DNA of 64,000 nucleotides. Source: Candidatus Bathyarchaeota archaeon. Its GTDB lineage: Archaea; Thermoproteota; Bathyarchaeia; Bathyarchaeales; Bathycorpusculaceae. Shown here in pieces: positions 9,276 through 20,625 of the stretch. Each line of letters begins with the position of its first letter. Position 1 is the first letter of the stretch. The notes under the pieces were generated by a model. The model worked only from the letters and a program-made list of their open reading frames with translations. It was not told the DNA's origin and searched no databases. Location: contig CAVZJV010000014.1 in NCBI GenBank assembly GCA_963775685.1, positions 736,001-800,000 on the forward strand, in the 5' to 3' direction. Position numbers and translations under genes: made by a program.

Positions 9276-11803
9276 GTGAAAAAAACAACTTCTTTGATTT
9301 CAGTGATTTTAGTAGCAATACTATTAGTTCCAACGGTTATAACAATGTCTCAACTGACACCCGTTAAAGCAGCCCTCGACGTACCCGTCTATCTCAAAGT
9401 ACACGCAGAACCCGACCCGGTGGGCGTAGGCCAAACTGAATTCATTAGCCTATTTTTCACTAAACCCATACCCAATGCTGCAGGTCAATTCTATCAAGAC
9501 TTAACTTTTAACCTTGTCAAGCCAGATGGAACTAACCAAACTTTTGGACCATACACTGCAGATACAACCGGCGGTGTTGGCGGAATCCAATTCGTGCCCT
9601 CAGAAACTGGAAACTACACTGTACAAGCATTCTACCCCGGACAAACAATTACCACAGGCGACCATATACTTCCCGCCATGAGCGAACCGGATACCTTCAC
9701 AGTGCAACAAGATCCAATTCCAAGATACACCAACACTCCACTTCCAACCGAGTACTGGTCACGCCCAATCTACGCCACAAACTACCTATGGGCACAAATC
9801 GGCGGCAACTGGCGGGGTCTGTTTAAACCAGCGTTCACTGACACCGGAGGCTACGACGCAACAGGCAACAACTTTAACCCATATAGCCAAGCACCAAACT
9901 CAGCTCACATAATGTGGGTTAAACCAACAGCGTTTGGCGGACAACCAGGGCTACCCGTCAGCGGTGACCAAGAAAGCCAATACACATCAACCTCAATCCT
10001 CTATAGACAATTCGAACCAATCATACTCAACGGCATAATCTACTACAAATTATAACCCAACACACCTACAACCGAAACAAGCGTAGAAACCCCCGGTTGG
10101 GTAGCTGTAGATTTACGGACCGGTCAAACATTATGGACCAAAGACACTAAAGATACGCTAGACTTTGGTATGGTTCTACAATTCCATACAATACAGGAAT
10201 ACGGCACTCAAGCATGGTTAGTGGCAAGTTACAACTCAAGCGGTCTGTTCGCTTTCGGCCCAGCTACTAACATATGGCATCTTTATGACCCAATGACCGG
10301 ATACTTCATCGCCAACATTACTGACGTACCTAGTACTACAGCTTCAGGACTAATCGAAACCAACGATGACAGCCCCCCAAGGAACGGTCTACATACATAC
10401 AACTAGCGGCGGCAACCTCACTATGTGGAACTCAACCCTATGCTTAGTTGGCCCTAGAGGAACAGCCACAATTCGTCCATCCGGCAACATTAACTACACT
10501 AGAGGCTTACAATGGTCAGTGCAACTTCCAACAACACTTAACAGCCAAGCAATCAGTCCGGCATTGAGCATTGCTGGAAGAACCAACGACGTAGTTCTTA
10601 TGCGTTCATACCCTGCAGCAGTTTCAACCTTTACCACACAATTTGGAGAAGGTTCCTGCGTTGAAGCTGGCTACGATGCAAGAACAGGCCAATTACTCTG
10701 GGGTCCAGTTAACAGAACACTGCCTAGATTCCACGAAGTTTCGGTATTAGCTATCGGTGAAGGCTATTATGTAGAGCACGATAAAGACACGAACCAAGCA
10801 TATGTCTACAACATAGATACAGGACAACAAGTAGGATCTATAATTCAGCTTCCTGGCAGCGGTTTAAGCACACTAGAAAGAGGCGGAGCAATCGCATATG
10901 GCAAGTGTTACATTTGGGACTTCGGAGGATACGTAAACGCCATTGAACTTAAAACAGCGACCCTCGACTGGACATATGAACCTAGGAGTGCTGGTTACAA
11001 TACTCCATACGGAATCTATCCTCTTTGGCACTTTGGATCGCATAGCATAGCAAACGGCAAACTATTCCTGTCTGAAGCTCGCATGTATGACCCGCCGCTA
11101 TTCGCGAATGCGCACAGACTAGCAATAAACTGCACTGACGGATCGCTCATCTGGAGTGTCCTGAACTTTGACGGCCGCGAACCAGGAGCAGTCGCAGACG
11201 GCTATTTGGTAAGCTACAACAGCTATGACAGTCAAATCTACACCTTCGGTAAGGGTCCATCACAGAAGCCAACGTCCAGCAGAATGTAGTTAAATTCGGA
11301 GATAGTGTCTTAATCACAGGCACAGTCTTCGATGAATCCTCTGGCACCAAGGACAACGACAGAATTGCGCGGTTTCCTAATGGAGTCCCTGCAGTCTCTG
11401 ATGAAAGCCAAAGCGCATGGATGGAATATGTTTACATGCAACAGCCAAACCCGACAAACGCAACCGGCGTAGCAGTTTCAATTGATGTAATCGACGCAAA
11501 TGGCAATTACCGCAACATCGGACAGCCACAAGCGATGCGAGAGGCGTTTTTAGTTATAAGTGGACACCTGACATTGAAGGCGAATACATAGTTGTCGCAA
11601 CATTCGGAGGATCTGAATCGTACTGGCCATCATCCGCAGAAACCAACTTCGCAGTCGACCCCGCAGCCCCAACTGCATCGCCCTATCCAGTCATTAATTT
11701 GCCCCCAACAGACATGTACATTGTTACTTGAGTCATTGCTATAATCATTGCAATAGCTATAGTCGGCGTTCTATTATTGATAGCAATAAGGAAGCGCCCA
11801 TAA
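9276..11803 (+). pseudogene. PQQ-like beta-propeller surface protein (paralog 1), disrupted
   Basis: Same motifs as intact paralogs (PDPVGVGQ, LPTEYWSRPI, AHIMWVKP, YDSQIYTFGKGPS, terminal RKRP*); in-frame TAA at 10053-10055 and frameshifts near 10375, 11270, 11525 and 11730. Confidence 0.85.
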
Positions 11804-11865
11804 AAACAGCAAAACAAAAAATATCTCCTCTTTTTTTAGTTTTAAAGGGCATATTGAAGAAGTGG

Positions 11866-11951
11866 GCTGAGAAGGCTCTGGTTAAAACGAATGGTGACTT
11901 AATCACCGGACGCATTTGCGTTCTTTTCTCTCCTTGCCCCAGAGCCTCAGC
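11866..11951 (+). ncRNA. Conserved bulged stem-loop element E1 downstream of beta-propeller gene
   Basis: GCTGA-gaa-GGCTCTGG...CCAGAGCC-TCAGC closing stem, inner hairpins, pyrimidine-rich loop; homologous copies at 55841, 60508 and 61282; RNA status inferred. Confidence 0.55.
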
Positions 11952-12337
11952 AAACCCCTAATTTGGCACTTTTTAATAAGTGCTTATCATGCTTCCTTAG
12001 ATTTTGTGATTCATTGTCCTAAAAATCGATTAGTCGCTTTCACGGATATTATTTCCAAATTGTGCACAGTTAAAACATAAGAAACATAATGAACTCCCAG
12101 TCCAAGTATTTTCTTTGGCATACAAATGCAGAAGGTGAATTTGTAAGAATCTAAAGCTTCAAAGGTCAAGTGTTGAAAAACTATATACTTAATAGCGGGT
12201 TTTTTCCAAAGGAGCAACCGGCATAAATGATATCTCATGGCCTTCATAGTCTGAGCCATACTCATGATGAGCAAAGCAGTCGGCAGTGCATCCAAGGACA
12301 TTTCGAAGAGCACATGCGCAAAGAAGGTTAAGCATCG

Positions 12338-12580
12338 ATGGCAGACCCAGTTAAACGTGCCCTAACAAGAAGACGCCTAGAGCGCGGACGCTGGATAGTG
12401 GAGGAACCTAACGATAAGTTGGTTCTGGGTGTAAAATTTGCCATAGGCATGACTGCTTTTATGTCGGCTCTTGAGCTTGCCCACATGGCGTTCTTGCATA
12501 CGTGGAATGCAGAGATTTTCGCTACAATCACTGGACTTAGCGGTACCATAATCGGATTGTTTGTGGGGCAGAAAACATGA
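12338..12580 (+). CDS. Small two-TM protein, probable proviral gene
   Basis: Two hydrophobic helices; stop overlaps the next ATG (ATGA). Confidence 0.6.
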   Translation: MADPVKRALTRRRLERGRWIVEEPNDKLVLGVKFAIGMTAFMSALELAHMAFLHTWNAEIFATITGLSGTIIGLFVGQKT

Positions 12581-13029
12581 CCAAAGGCAAACCTTGGCCA
12601 AAAGATGACGAGAAAAGGCTCAAAGACTGGTTTAACTCAGGCATAACAGACTATGCCGTACTAGCCTTTAGTTTGGAATTCAAGTATAGCCAAAACGCCA
12701 TCTACCAGAAGCTGTTAGACTTAGGACTAATTTCAAAAGAAGAAGAAGATAGAAAAATTTGCTCTTCTTCTTCTTTTAAAGACCTGCCGGATGAGCTTCC
12801 AAGTATTGAAACAATGCTAAAGAAGTTAGCCGCTGCAATAGAGGCACTACAGGAACCCGGTATAGATAAGTCTGAGATTTTGCGTCTGCGCGGAATCATC
12901 GCTGGAGCTAAGGTCTATCAAGAGCGTTTTGCAGAATACGTGCGTTACCGCAAAATTGAAGCTCAATTATTGGAGTTGAGACAAAAGTATGAGTCGCTTA
13001 GGAAAAAGTCCCAGGGCACTTCGTCCTAA
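12577..13029 (+). CDS. Helical DNA-binding-like protein, putative terminase small subunit
   Basis: N-terminal KGKPWPKDDEKRL HTH-like start and C-terminal coiled coil; overlaps a truncated ORF resembling a terminase large subunit N-terminus; function inferred. Confidence 0.45.
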   Translation: MTKGKPWPKDDEKRLKDWFNSGITDYAVLAFSLEFKYSQNAIYQKLLDLGLISKEEEDRKICSSSSFKDLPDELPSIETMLKKLAAAIEALQEPGIDKSEILRLRGIIAGAKVYQERFAEYVRYRKIEAQLLELRQKYESLRKKSQGTSS

Positions 13030-13198
13030 TCAGCTATTTTCTGAGTACGCCACGCTCTTTGAAGATGTGGCTGCTGTTGAAAAAGCCAGCGAAAACCAAG
13101 TTGGTATGCTAAAGAGTGATGTTAAGGGTTTTTTTGAGCATATGCTTTGCCCGAAGGAATTTCCTAAGACTCACATCTTTTTCCAAAATGTTTTTTAA
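12989..13198 (+). pseudogene. Truncated putative terminase large subunit N-terminus
   Basis: LRPNQLFSE...KSDVKGFFEHML resembles, from recall, the segment preceding the ATPase motif in archaeal provirus terminases; no Walker A follows, and the ORF runs into the terminator of the convergent gene. Confidence 0.35.
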
Positions 13199-13235
13199 AA
13201 CTAAAAAAGGGGAAAGATAGTTTTGTTTACTATGT

Positions 13236-15803
13236 TTATTGTGGTCTTTTTCTAAGGACAAGTATTGTGACTGCGAAACCTATAGCGATTGCGAGGATAA
13301 TTGCTGCGACTGCTGGAATGAAATATTGGTCAGCCATAGATGCTGCTGCAACAGGTGGTGGAGAGACGGTTGCTGATGGTTCGCTTGCGTAGAGGGCTGT
13401 GGACGCCGAGGACGGATAGTATGCTCCTGAGCCTGTAAAGGTTGCAGTAACTTCGTAATTACCTGAAATGTCCGGGGTCCAAGTTAGACTGTATGTGCCG
13501 TATGCATTGCTTGTAGTGGAGCCGATAACTCTGTAGTTGCCGTTGGAGTCTGTTACGGATATTGTTACAGGAACTCCAGTTATGTTATGTGGCATTGGTT
13601 GCTGCTCGTAAACGGCGGCCATAAACTGGCTCATGCTAGCGTCAGAAACTGCTGGAAGACCGTTGGGGAAGTTTGCTGCGACTGCTTGCTGTGATGCGCC
13701 AGCTGAGATGTCTGTTACTGTGCCGATTATTGTTACAGGTGTGGCTGTTGTTACGCCGAGTTGGGGTGCGCTTACGGTTGTTTTGCTTGGTCCTTGGCCA
13801 AAAGTGTAGATTTGATTGTCGTATGCATTGTAATCCACTAAATAACCATCAGCAAGTGCAAAGCATTTTCCAATAAAGTATCCGTCTATGCTCCATTCTT
13901 CCTTTCCTGTAGTAGCGTTAACTGCATATAATTTCGCTCCTCTAAATAATGCGTCGCCATGACTAGCTGAGCTGCCTACGAAGACATCACCGCCGCCCGT
14001 GCAAAGACCATATTCCCCTTCAAATAAATATGTGGGAGCAGCCTCCTGCACTCCTGCTGATGGAGCAGCGAAATCCCAAAGAAAAGTCCCGTTTGTAAGA
14101 CTCATTGCTTGAATAGACTCCGGGCCTAGGAAGTAAACTATGTTATTCCACGTTGCCGAATTTCTTGTATAAAGGTCCCAAGCATACGAGCTTCCCTTAA
14201 CTGAACCCCAGAGTTGCTCTCCTGTGTGTAGGCTAAAACCGAAGTATGTGTTGTCTTCTTTGTTGTGCTCAGTGTAGATGCCGTCTGCCATAACTTCCAT
14301 CCGAAGTTGAGATGTCTCTGGACCCATACCTAGCGTCCGGTTTACTGGACCCCAAAGCAATTGACCTGTTGTTGCACTGTAACCTGCTTCGCATTGGTAG
14401 TTCTGGGGTTGGTAGATTAGACCAGTTAATACGTGTTCAGTGCCAAGAACAAGAATTACACCGTCATCTATTCCGCCAATAGCTACTGACCCTTGAGCTG
14501 GAAGATTATACGGGTATAAAGGTACAGTTACGTTCCATTCTACTCCAGTACTCCACTGTAACGTCGCTCCTGGGGGTGGTCTGAATTCAATGGAGTTAAC
14601 CGCAAATCCAGCACTTCCTAGACATTTAGTTGAGTTCCACATGGCTAACCATCCTGTAGTGTCGTTAATCACGCGAAGAGTGTATACTAACAATTCACTT
14701 TCAGGATCGATGATAGCGGTGCCGCCTGTTGAGCCTACAACGTTTAGTATCCATCTTCCTGTATTTGCGTCAAACAATGAGTATGTACTGCCAGATACTC
14801 CCCAGAGGTATGGTATGCCGCCGACTTCATTCGGGTTGTGGTAGGTATACACTTGGCCATAGGATATTCCAGGCCAGTGAGTTACGGGCAGGCTAAAACC
14901 GCCGTAACTAGTTGGATTGGTTGGGTTTTGATTAGTTCCGTTATTATACCATAGCGTTTGTCCAGTACGTAAATCTACTGCGTAAAATCCATAGTCAGGC
15001 GCGATGTTGGAAGGCGAGTTGTAGTATAATACTCCGTTGATGATAACTGGCGGAGTAAATGGCCATTGATAGGATTTCCCTGTGTAGTAATTGCTAAATT
15101 CTGTTTGATTGTATGGACTCCCTCCTCCTATTTGGCCTCCAAACTCAAGGGGTTTCGTCCACATTATGTGTGCGGTTGCAGGTGCTGTAGTGTACGGATT
15201 AGAACTGCCGCTCGATTCAGTCCAACTCTGGATGCCAAGCCAGTTTCCTGAGATTTGCCACCATAGAACGTTTTGCCAGTTTATCGGACGTGTCCAGTAG
15301 TCTGTTGGAAGTGGATTTAGTGGTAGTGCAAGTATTGACTCTTCCTGGACTGTGAGAGTGATCGTGCTATTACTTGGTTCATAGTACAGGTCAAATCCAT
15401 AGTCGTTTACTAGTTGCCCAGGAAAGATAAAGGTTATAGTGTAATTACCAATGATAGTGGGTGTGAATGCGTAGCTGGAAACGGCTGTATAATCAGCTGT
15501 GAATGGTCCTGCATTACTTGTTGCTCCATTTGGGTCTGTGATTGAGAGTTTGTAATTATTCCAGACGTTTGCTACGGTTGAAGTTGTCAATAATTGTGAC
15601 AGCGGATTGACTTGAACCAACCCCATGCCGAGAACTGTGGTCTGACCAACCCCTACAGGGTCAGGAGCTGCTGTTATCCATGCATTTGTAACAGCATTTG
15701 TTGTGGCATTAACGCTTGGTAACATCACCGCTGAAGCTGCCATTGAGAAGGTTAGAAGTATCGCAATCAGAATTGCCATAGTTTTATTTTTTAGATTTAG
15801 CAT
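13236..15803 (-). CDS. PQQ-like beta-propeller surface protein (paralog 2), signal peptide and C-terminal TM anchor
   Basis: Start MLNLKNKTMAIL after a purine-rich RBS; repeated DLRTGQTLW/ATTGQLLW/ATTGKEEW blades; C-terminus TM + LRKRPQ. Confidence 0.88.
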   Translation of the reverse strand: MLNLKNKTMAILIAILLTFSMAASAVMLPSVNATTNAVTNAWITAAPDPVGVGQTTVLGMGLVQVNPLSQLLTTSTVANVWNNYKLSITDPNGATSNAGPFTADYTAVSSYAFTPTIIGNYTITFIFPGQLVNDYGFDLYYEPSNSTITLTVQEESILALPLNPLPTDYWTRPINWQNVLWWQISGNWLGIQSWTESSGSSNPYTTAPATAHIMWTKPLEFGGQIGGGSPYNQTEFSNYYTGKSYQWPFTPPVIINGVLYYNSPSNIAPDYGFYAVDLRTGQTLWYNNGTNQNPTNPTSYGGFSLPVTHWPGISYGQVYTYHNPNEVGGIPYLWGVSGSTYSLFDANTGRWILNVVGSTGGTAIIDPESELLVYTLRVINDTTGWLAMWNSTKCLGSAGFAVNSIEFRPPPGATLQWSTGVEWNVTVPLYPYNLPAQGSVAIGGIDDGVILVLGTEHVLTGLIYQPQNYQCEAGYSATTGQLLWGPVNRTLGMGPETSQLRMEVMADGIYTEHNKEDNTYFGFSLHTGEQLWGSVKGSSYAWDLYTRNSATWNNIVYFLGPESIQAMSLTNGTFLWDFAAPSAGVQEAAPTYLFEGEYGLCTGGGDVFVGSSASHGDALFRGAKLYAVNATTGKEEWSIDGYFIGKCFALADGYLVDYNAYDNQIYTFGQGPSKTTVSAPQLGVTTATPVTIIGTVTDISAGASQQAVAANFPNGLPAVSDASMSQFMAAVYEQQPMPHNITGVPVTISVTDSNGNYRVIGSTTSNAYGTYSLTWTPDISGNYEVTATFTGSGAYYPSSASTALYASEPSATVSPPPVAAASMADQYFIPAVAAIILAIAIGFAVTILVLRKRPQ

Positions 15804-15869
15804 TTTCTTTTCCTTTCCTATAATAATAATGCACGATTCATAGTATATATTCATATTGAATTTAACAAT

Positions 15870-15894
15870 TTGTAAGTCAAAAACATACTTACAA
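15870..15894. promoter_or_regulatory. Palindromic operator candidate between paralog 2 and divergent TrmB
   Basis: TTGTAAGT-N9-ACTTACAA, perfect 8-bp inverted repeat. Confidence 0.45.
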
Positions 15895-15962
15895 CTAAAA
15901 CCTTATGAATAAAAAATATCATATAATAATTAAACTACCAAGGCGCGCCAAGAGGAATTAAA

Positions 15963-16769
15963 GTGAAAAGTTCCGACGATTGCGTTTCTTCATTATGTGA
16001 ACTAGGCTTGGGTATTTCATAGGCAAAAATCTACCTCTCAATAGCAAAATCCAAAAATCTAAAAGCACAGGAAATATCCTCAATTTCCGGAGTAGCAAGA
16101 CCATACGGTTATGGAATATTAGCCCAGCTAGAGGAAGCCGGACTTGTAGAAAAAACAATATCAAAACCAAAAGAGTTCCATGCAATACCAATAGAAGAAT
16201 GCATTCACCATCTCCTTCAAAAAGGATAGTGAAAACCGCGAGCCCAAAATTTCCAACAGAAACCCGAAAACCAGGACCTACCCAAAGAATTCCAGTTTAT
16301 GCTTATCCAAAATAGAGACGCTGTGTACGCCAAGACTGAAAAAATGGTTAAATATGTCCAAAAAACCGTCTGCTTGATAGCGTTAAAAAAAGATTACGTG
16401 CTTGGATCACAAATTACTCACCCATTTTAGAAGAAGCCTAGCCAGAAAAGTAGATTTCAGAATCATTTTGCCAGAGCCAGAGAAGGACCAACACTTGGGA
16501 GAGCTTATTGAAGCCTTAATGAGGTACCCAAATTTTGATATAAGATTGATTTCAGAAGCTCTTAATGTTGGTTTTAGCGTCTGGGACGGAAAAGAAATAC
16601 TGCTTAGCACTTCGGAGATTGATACTCCTTATCCACAACCAACCTTATTGTCCAACAACAAAGGTATAGTAATTTAGCTCAAAATTATTTTGACTCATTA
16701 TGGCAACGTATAGAAAATAAAAATGAAAGAAGAAAAATGTGTATAGAAGATAAATCAACATTGATCTGA
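15963..16769 (+). pseudogene. TrmB-family regulator, disrupted
   Basis: MKSSDDCVSSLCELGLGIS*AKIYLSI...SGVARPYGYGILAQLEEAGLVEKTISKP HTH with in-frame TAG; later fragments VWDGKEILLST and KNYFDSLW match the intact TrmB at 52129; end approximate. Confidence 0.8.
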
Positions 16770-17240
16770 AATACTTTACGCATGCTACTGGTTTGAAACA
16801 ATCTGGATCTGACACCCCTGGAAAAAAGTAAACCAACAAGTAGGTAGCTCTTAAGACAACAATAACTTGCTATGGATACACAAAAAAAGGGCATTTGCAA
16901 TCTCTTCGAAATAACATTTTTTTTAAGTTAACAGAGAAAGGAAGGGCTGAAATCATTGACCTCTTCTATTCAGGTAAGGAAAAAAAGGAGCTAAAACGTA
17001 TCATCAAAATGATAGACCATCAACCAAAAAAAGAGTAAACACCATTGAAACCTAAAGGTATGTTACTGTTTTGAGGCAACCACAACAGTTTGTTTTCTTG
17101 AAATTACATATCCAATTTAGTGGACATTTAAGTACCCTCAAATATCCTCACCTCATGCTCAACCCAATAATTCCTTCAATGTCTCTTGCTAAGAAAGGAG
17201 CCGGCTTTGTTTTGAGTTTTTAAAATCTGCCATTAGAGAA

Positions 17241-19225
17241 TCAAGCAGTTGCTGAGTGTTTTTTCCTGTAAATTATGGCTATTAAAAGTATTGTGAGCAT
17301 TAACGTGATTATTATTGTCGTTGAGATTTCAGGTATGGTTGGTGATGGAGTTGGCTCAGGAGGGTTTGTTGACTGCGGTGTCGATGTAGTGGTGCTTGTG
17401 GGGCTTGTACTTGGAGTAGGACTGACGCTTGGAGTAGGATTAGTTGTTGATACGGTACCGAGGTTAACGGTTACTGTATGGGTGCTATGAGCATATGTGA
17501 AATGAAACAAGTAAGAATCAGAAGTTGATGTTGGTGTATAGATTAACTTGCTGTCGTCCAGGTTAACTTTTAGGTTGGCTATATCCGGCACAAGGTTTTT
17601 TGCAACTTGCATATCCACATACCCAGTTGTGCCGGAAGGACCGCTCACCGTAAAGCTTAACGTATTGCTTTGGGAATTAAAAGCTAATGATGACACAGTA
17701 GAATTTGACGAAACCGCAAAAACGTATTGGTTATTGTAAGGCAACACCGACAGCTCCACGTTTTTTTGGGATGATTCATAGGGATAAAGCCCATCATATG
17801 CTGCCTTAACCAAAAAAGTTCCTGTCGCTGCAGGAGTCCACACTGCGGAGTAGCTTCCGTCAGCTAAAGTGAAGGCAGAAGTAATGTCATTCCAGCTTTG
17901 CCCATCATTTATGCTTATTGAGAAGGTAATACGAGCATTGGAAACTGCGCTTTGATTTTCCGCTAAGAGTTTGCCAGTTATGGTAACGCTGAAGCTAAGC
18001 AACGAAGTCTGCGCGTTTAAAGATAACGAGAGACTTGTCTTAACAAGAGGGACTGCCCCAAACGCATAGACTTGACCTGTTGAGGACGGGCTTGAAGATG
18101 ATGAATCAGACCCTACGTATACATTGCCATAAGCAACTATGGGGCTAGATCGTATACTCTCGCCTGTAAGGTAAGTCCATATTACTTGCCCGTTAGTGGC
18201 GTTAAAGCAGTAAAGTTTGCCATCGTCTGCACCTATGAAAACCTTGCCATCGGCCACAGCTGGTGATGAGCAAAAATCAAATGAGCCTACGTTTGATGTC
18301 CAAACAATTGAGCCTGTGGTTGCATTGATACCTAAAAAGTTGTTCGTAGATCCAGCTGAGTGAATAAACACCATTCCGGCGTCTATTGCAGGAGAGGAGC
18401 GGTAGAGGGAACCCATACCGCCAGAAAGGCTAATGTTCCAAACTGTATAAGCGGACACCGCATCAACACATATTAGCCCGGAGCCATTACTTGCAAAAAT
18501 CTTTCCATCAGCAATTGCTGGCGAATTGTCTAAGATAGCTTGAATTAAGTTGCCAAATAAGCTGTCCGGTCAATACGTTGATGGTATAAAGGTTTCCTGC
18601 AGCTATAGCAACAGTGTTTTCATCAATTATTGCAGGGGAAGCGAAATTATAGGTGCCGAAGTTATAAATCCATTGAAGAGAACCAGTCTCTGAGTTCAAG
18701 CAGTATAAAGTTCCATTAACAGTATTGAAGATCACTTTGGTTGAAGTAACTACTGGAGAACAATCTATCTCATTATTTGAAAGAAACTGCCACAAAATGG
18801 CACCTGTTGTCTCATTTAGGCAGTAGAGGTTGTGATCCCGGGTTCCAACATAAAGCCTACCCAAACTTATTGCCGGAGAACTCCAAACGCTGTTTTCCCT
18901 ATTGGCTGTTATCTGCATCCAAATTTGCTGTCTTGTTGATGAATTGATTGCGTATACGTTTCCATTACTTGCTGCCACAAAAATAATGCCATCGGCGGCG
19001 GCAAGACTATTATGAATTTCTTCAGCAGATGTATTAAACACCCATAATAAATTGGCAGAACTAGGTGACGTACTGAGTAGAGGCGCCTGTATGTTGCACA
19101 TTGTTTCTGAACATTGGCCATTCGGTAGAGGACAAATCGCCTTTGGTATTTGAAAAAATGGTGGTTGACACCAACATAAACATGAACATAAAAATTAATG
19201 CTAAGGATAACGATTGCTTTCTCAT
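17241..19225 (-). pseudogene. BamB/PQQ-repeat secreted protein with Ig-like domains and IPE-TM-basic tail, frameshifted
   Basis: Signal peptide + WPMFRNNVQHTG, repeated SSPA blades; split into three ORFs (shifts near 19070 and 18530); S/T/P linker then PTIPEISTTIIITLMLTILLIAIIYRKK. Confidence 0.75.
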
Positions 19226-19605
19226 TCTATCAACCAAATTAGGATAGTTACAGACAGCTTTTAACAATATTGAATTCTTACTACTTAGCAATGGTTCAGA
19301 AACAGAGAAGAAAAATTAAGGGCGATCACCGCTTAGAATGCCGATACCAATTAAAGCATCCGGTCTTCATCTGAGACTAACGTTGGCTTTAAGATTTGTG
19401 ATATACTCTAATTTTCTAATTACTTTTCCACCTTCACTTCAGTCTCAACTGCCAGTAGAGGTTGTTTGGGCTCATGTCTTAAATGTTCAAAACTGCTTCA
19501 TCTTTTTGAACATGAAGGAGAACGTAGTTTGAGTCAGAATGTAATTGTTGAGCTTACGTTATCTCTACCGATTTTTCGGATGAGCCTCTCGAAGGTTAAT
19601 TCATA

Positions 19606-19968
19606 GTGGATAAGACCGTTTAATCTTTCAGGATTGCTTTAGAGTGTGAGATTGGTCGGTGGAGTGGTTTTGCGAGGGCTTTACGTAAGCCTGATCGGGA
19701 AGCCTTTGAAGAGCTTATGTACATGTGCCGAAACTACGCTTCAGCTGGAGGCTGTACAACCAACCCAATAATCTTTGAGCCTATGGTGATGTCTATTCTT
19801 ATTGCTCAGCAATCAAGAATTAGGCAGCTGGAAAAGGACTTGGCAGCCCTCAAACCATTAGAACCAAGTCTCTCTGCAAACATAAAATCGAACGAGATGG
19901 TACAATCAAAAGTTAAGGCTATCGTTCAAACAGCTGAAAGGGGAGGTATACAAATAAGGTTAAGCTAG
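19606..19968 (+). pseudogene. Small helical archaeal protein (resembles PolB2-associated arCOG07300 family) with premature stop
   Basis: GTG GAT AAG ACC GTT TAA then SFRIALECEIGRWSGFARALRKPDREAFEELMYMCRNYASAG...PIIFEPMVMSILIAQQ in one frame; family assignment from recall. Confidence 0.6.
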
Positions 19969-20080
19969 AAGCTAAAACAGTTAGAACCGATGACTTTGAA
20001 GAATTTCAGAAAGATAAGAAATATGGGAAAATAACTCGCAATCGACGTGGAAACTATGAACTGCATTTTTCGACTAAGCT

Positions 20081-20203
20081 AACCAAGACCAATACACTGT
20101 ACGCATCGTAGAGAAGCCTGAGGAAATCAAAGAACTCCTAGAAGGAGGGTTCGAATACGTCTGCCAAAAGGACAACTTAATATTCTTGAGGAAAAGAAAA
20201 TAG
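20081..20203 (+). mobile_element. Remnant of tyrosine integrase-like C-terminal tail
   Basis: NQDQYTVRIVEKPEEIKELLEGGFEYVCQKDNLIFLRKRK*, no start codon, about 55 bp before tRNA-His; homologous fragment at 51921. Confidence 0.5.
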
Positions 20204-20257
20204 GTAATAACCAAGCTTTAGAACAACGGCAAAAGTGGCCGAAAACAACGAAAAGCG

Positions 20258-20330
20258 GCCGGGGTGGTGTAGCTTGGTAGCATAGAGGCCTGTGGAGCCT
20301 TTCGCCCGAGTTCAAATCTCGGCCCCGGCC
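20258..20330 (+). tRNA. tRNA-His (GTG)
   Basis: Acceptor stem GCCGGGG/CCCCGGC, encoded G-1 at 20257 opposite discriminator C, anticodon arm GAGGC-CTGTGGA-GCCTT, T arm CCGAG-TTCAAAT-CTCGG; CCA not encoded. Confidence 0.95.
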
Positions 20331-20625
20331 CTTCCTTACGCGTTTTAGAAGAATTAAACAACAACATTTAATCAACACCCTTCATCTATTTTATTCGCCT
20401 CACCGAAATTGAGCACCCATAACGACGGACTCAACAGAGGAACGTAAGAAACACAAATCTTGCACCTATGACGACCGAGTTCTACCCAATTATGGAACAG
20501 GGGAGGCATAGGGCAAACTTCCCGCGCCGAGAGAGCTTAACCAAGCTAAAAGCGACGCTCAGCTATGAGGTTAAGTGTTAGGTTACGTCGGGAGACACTA
20601 GCCCGCATAAAACAAGTGATGGGTT

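Noticed and set aside
10053-10055. Stop-codon recoding in paralog 1
   Set aside because: The codon is TAA and the gene also has several frameshifts.
20505-20600. c-di-GMP-I or glycine riboswitch
   Set aside because: Only short motifs match; the GAAA tetraloop/receptor and the CTCTCAGG element are missing.
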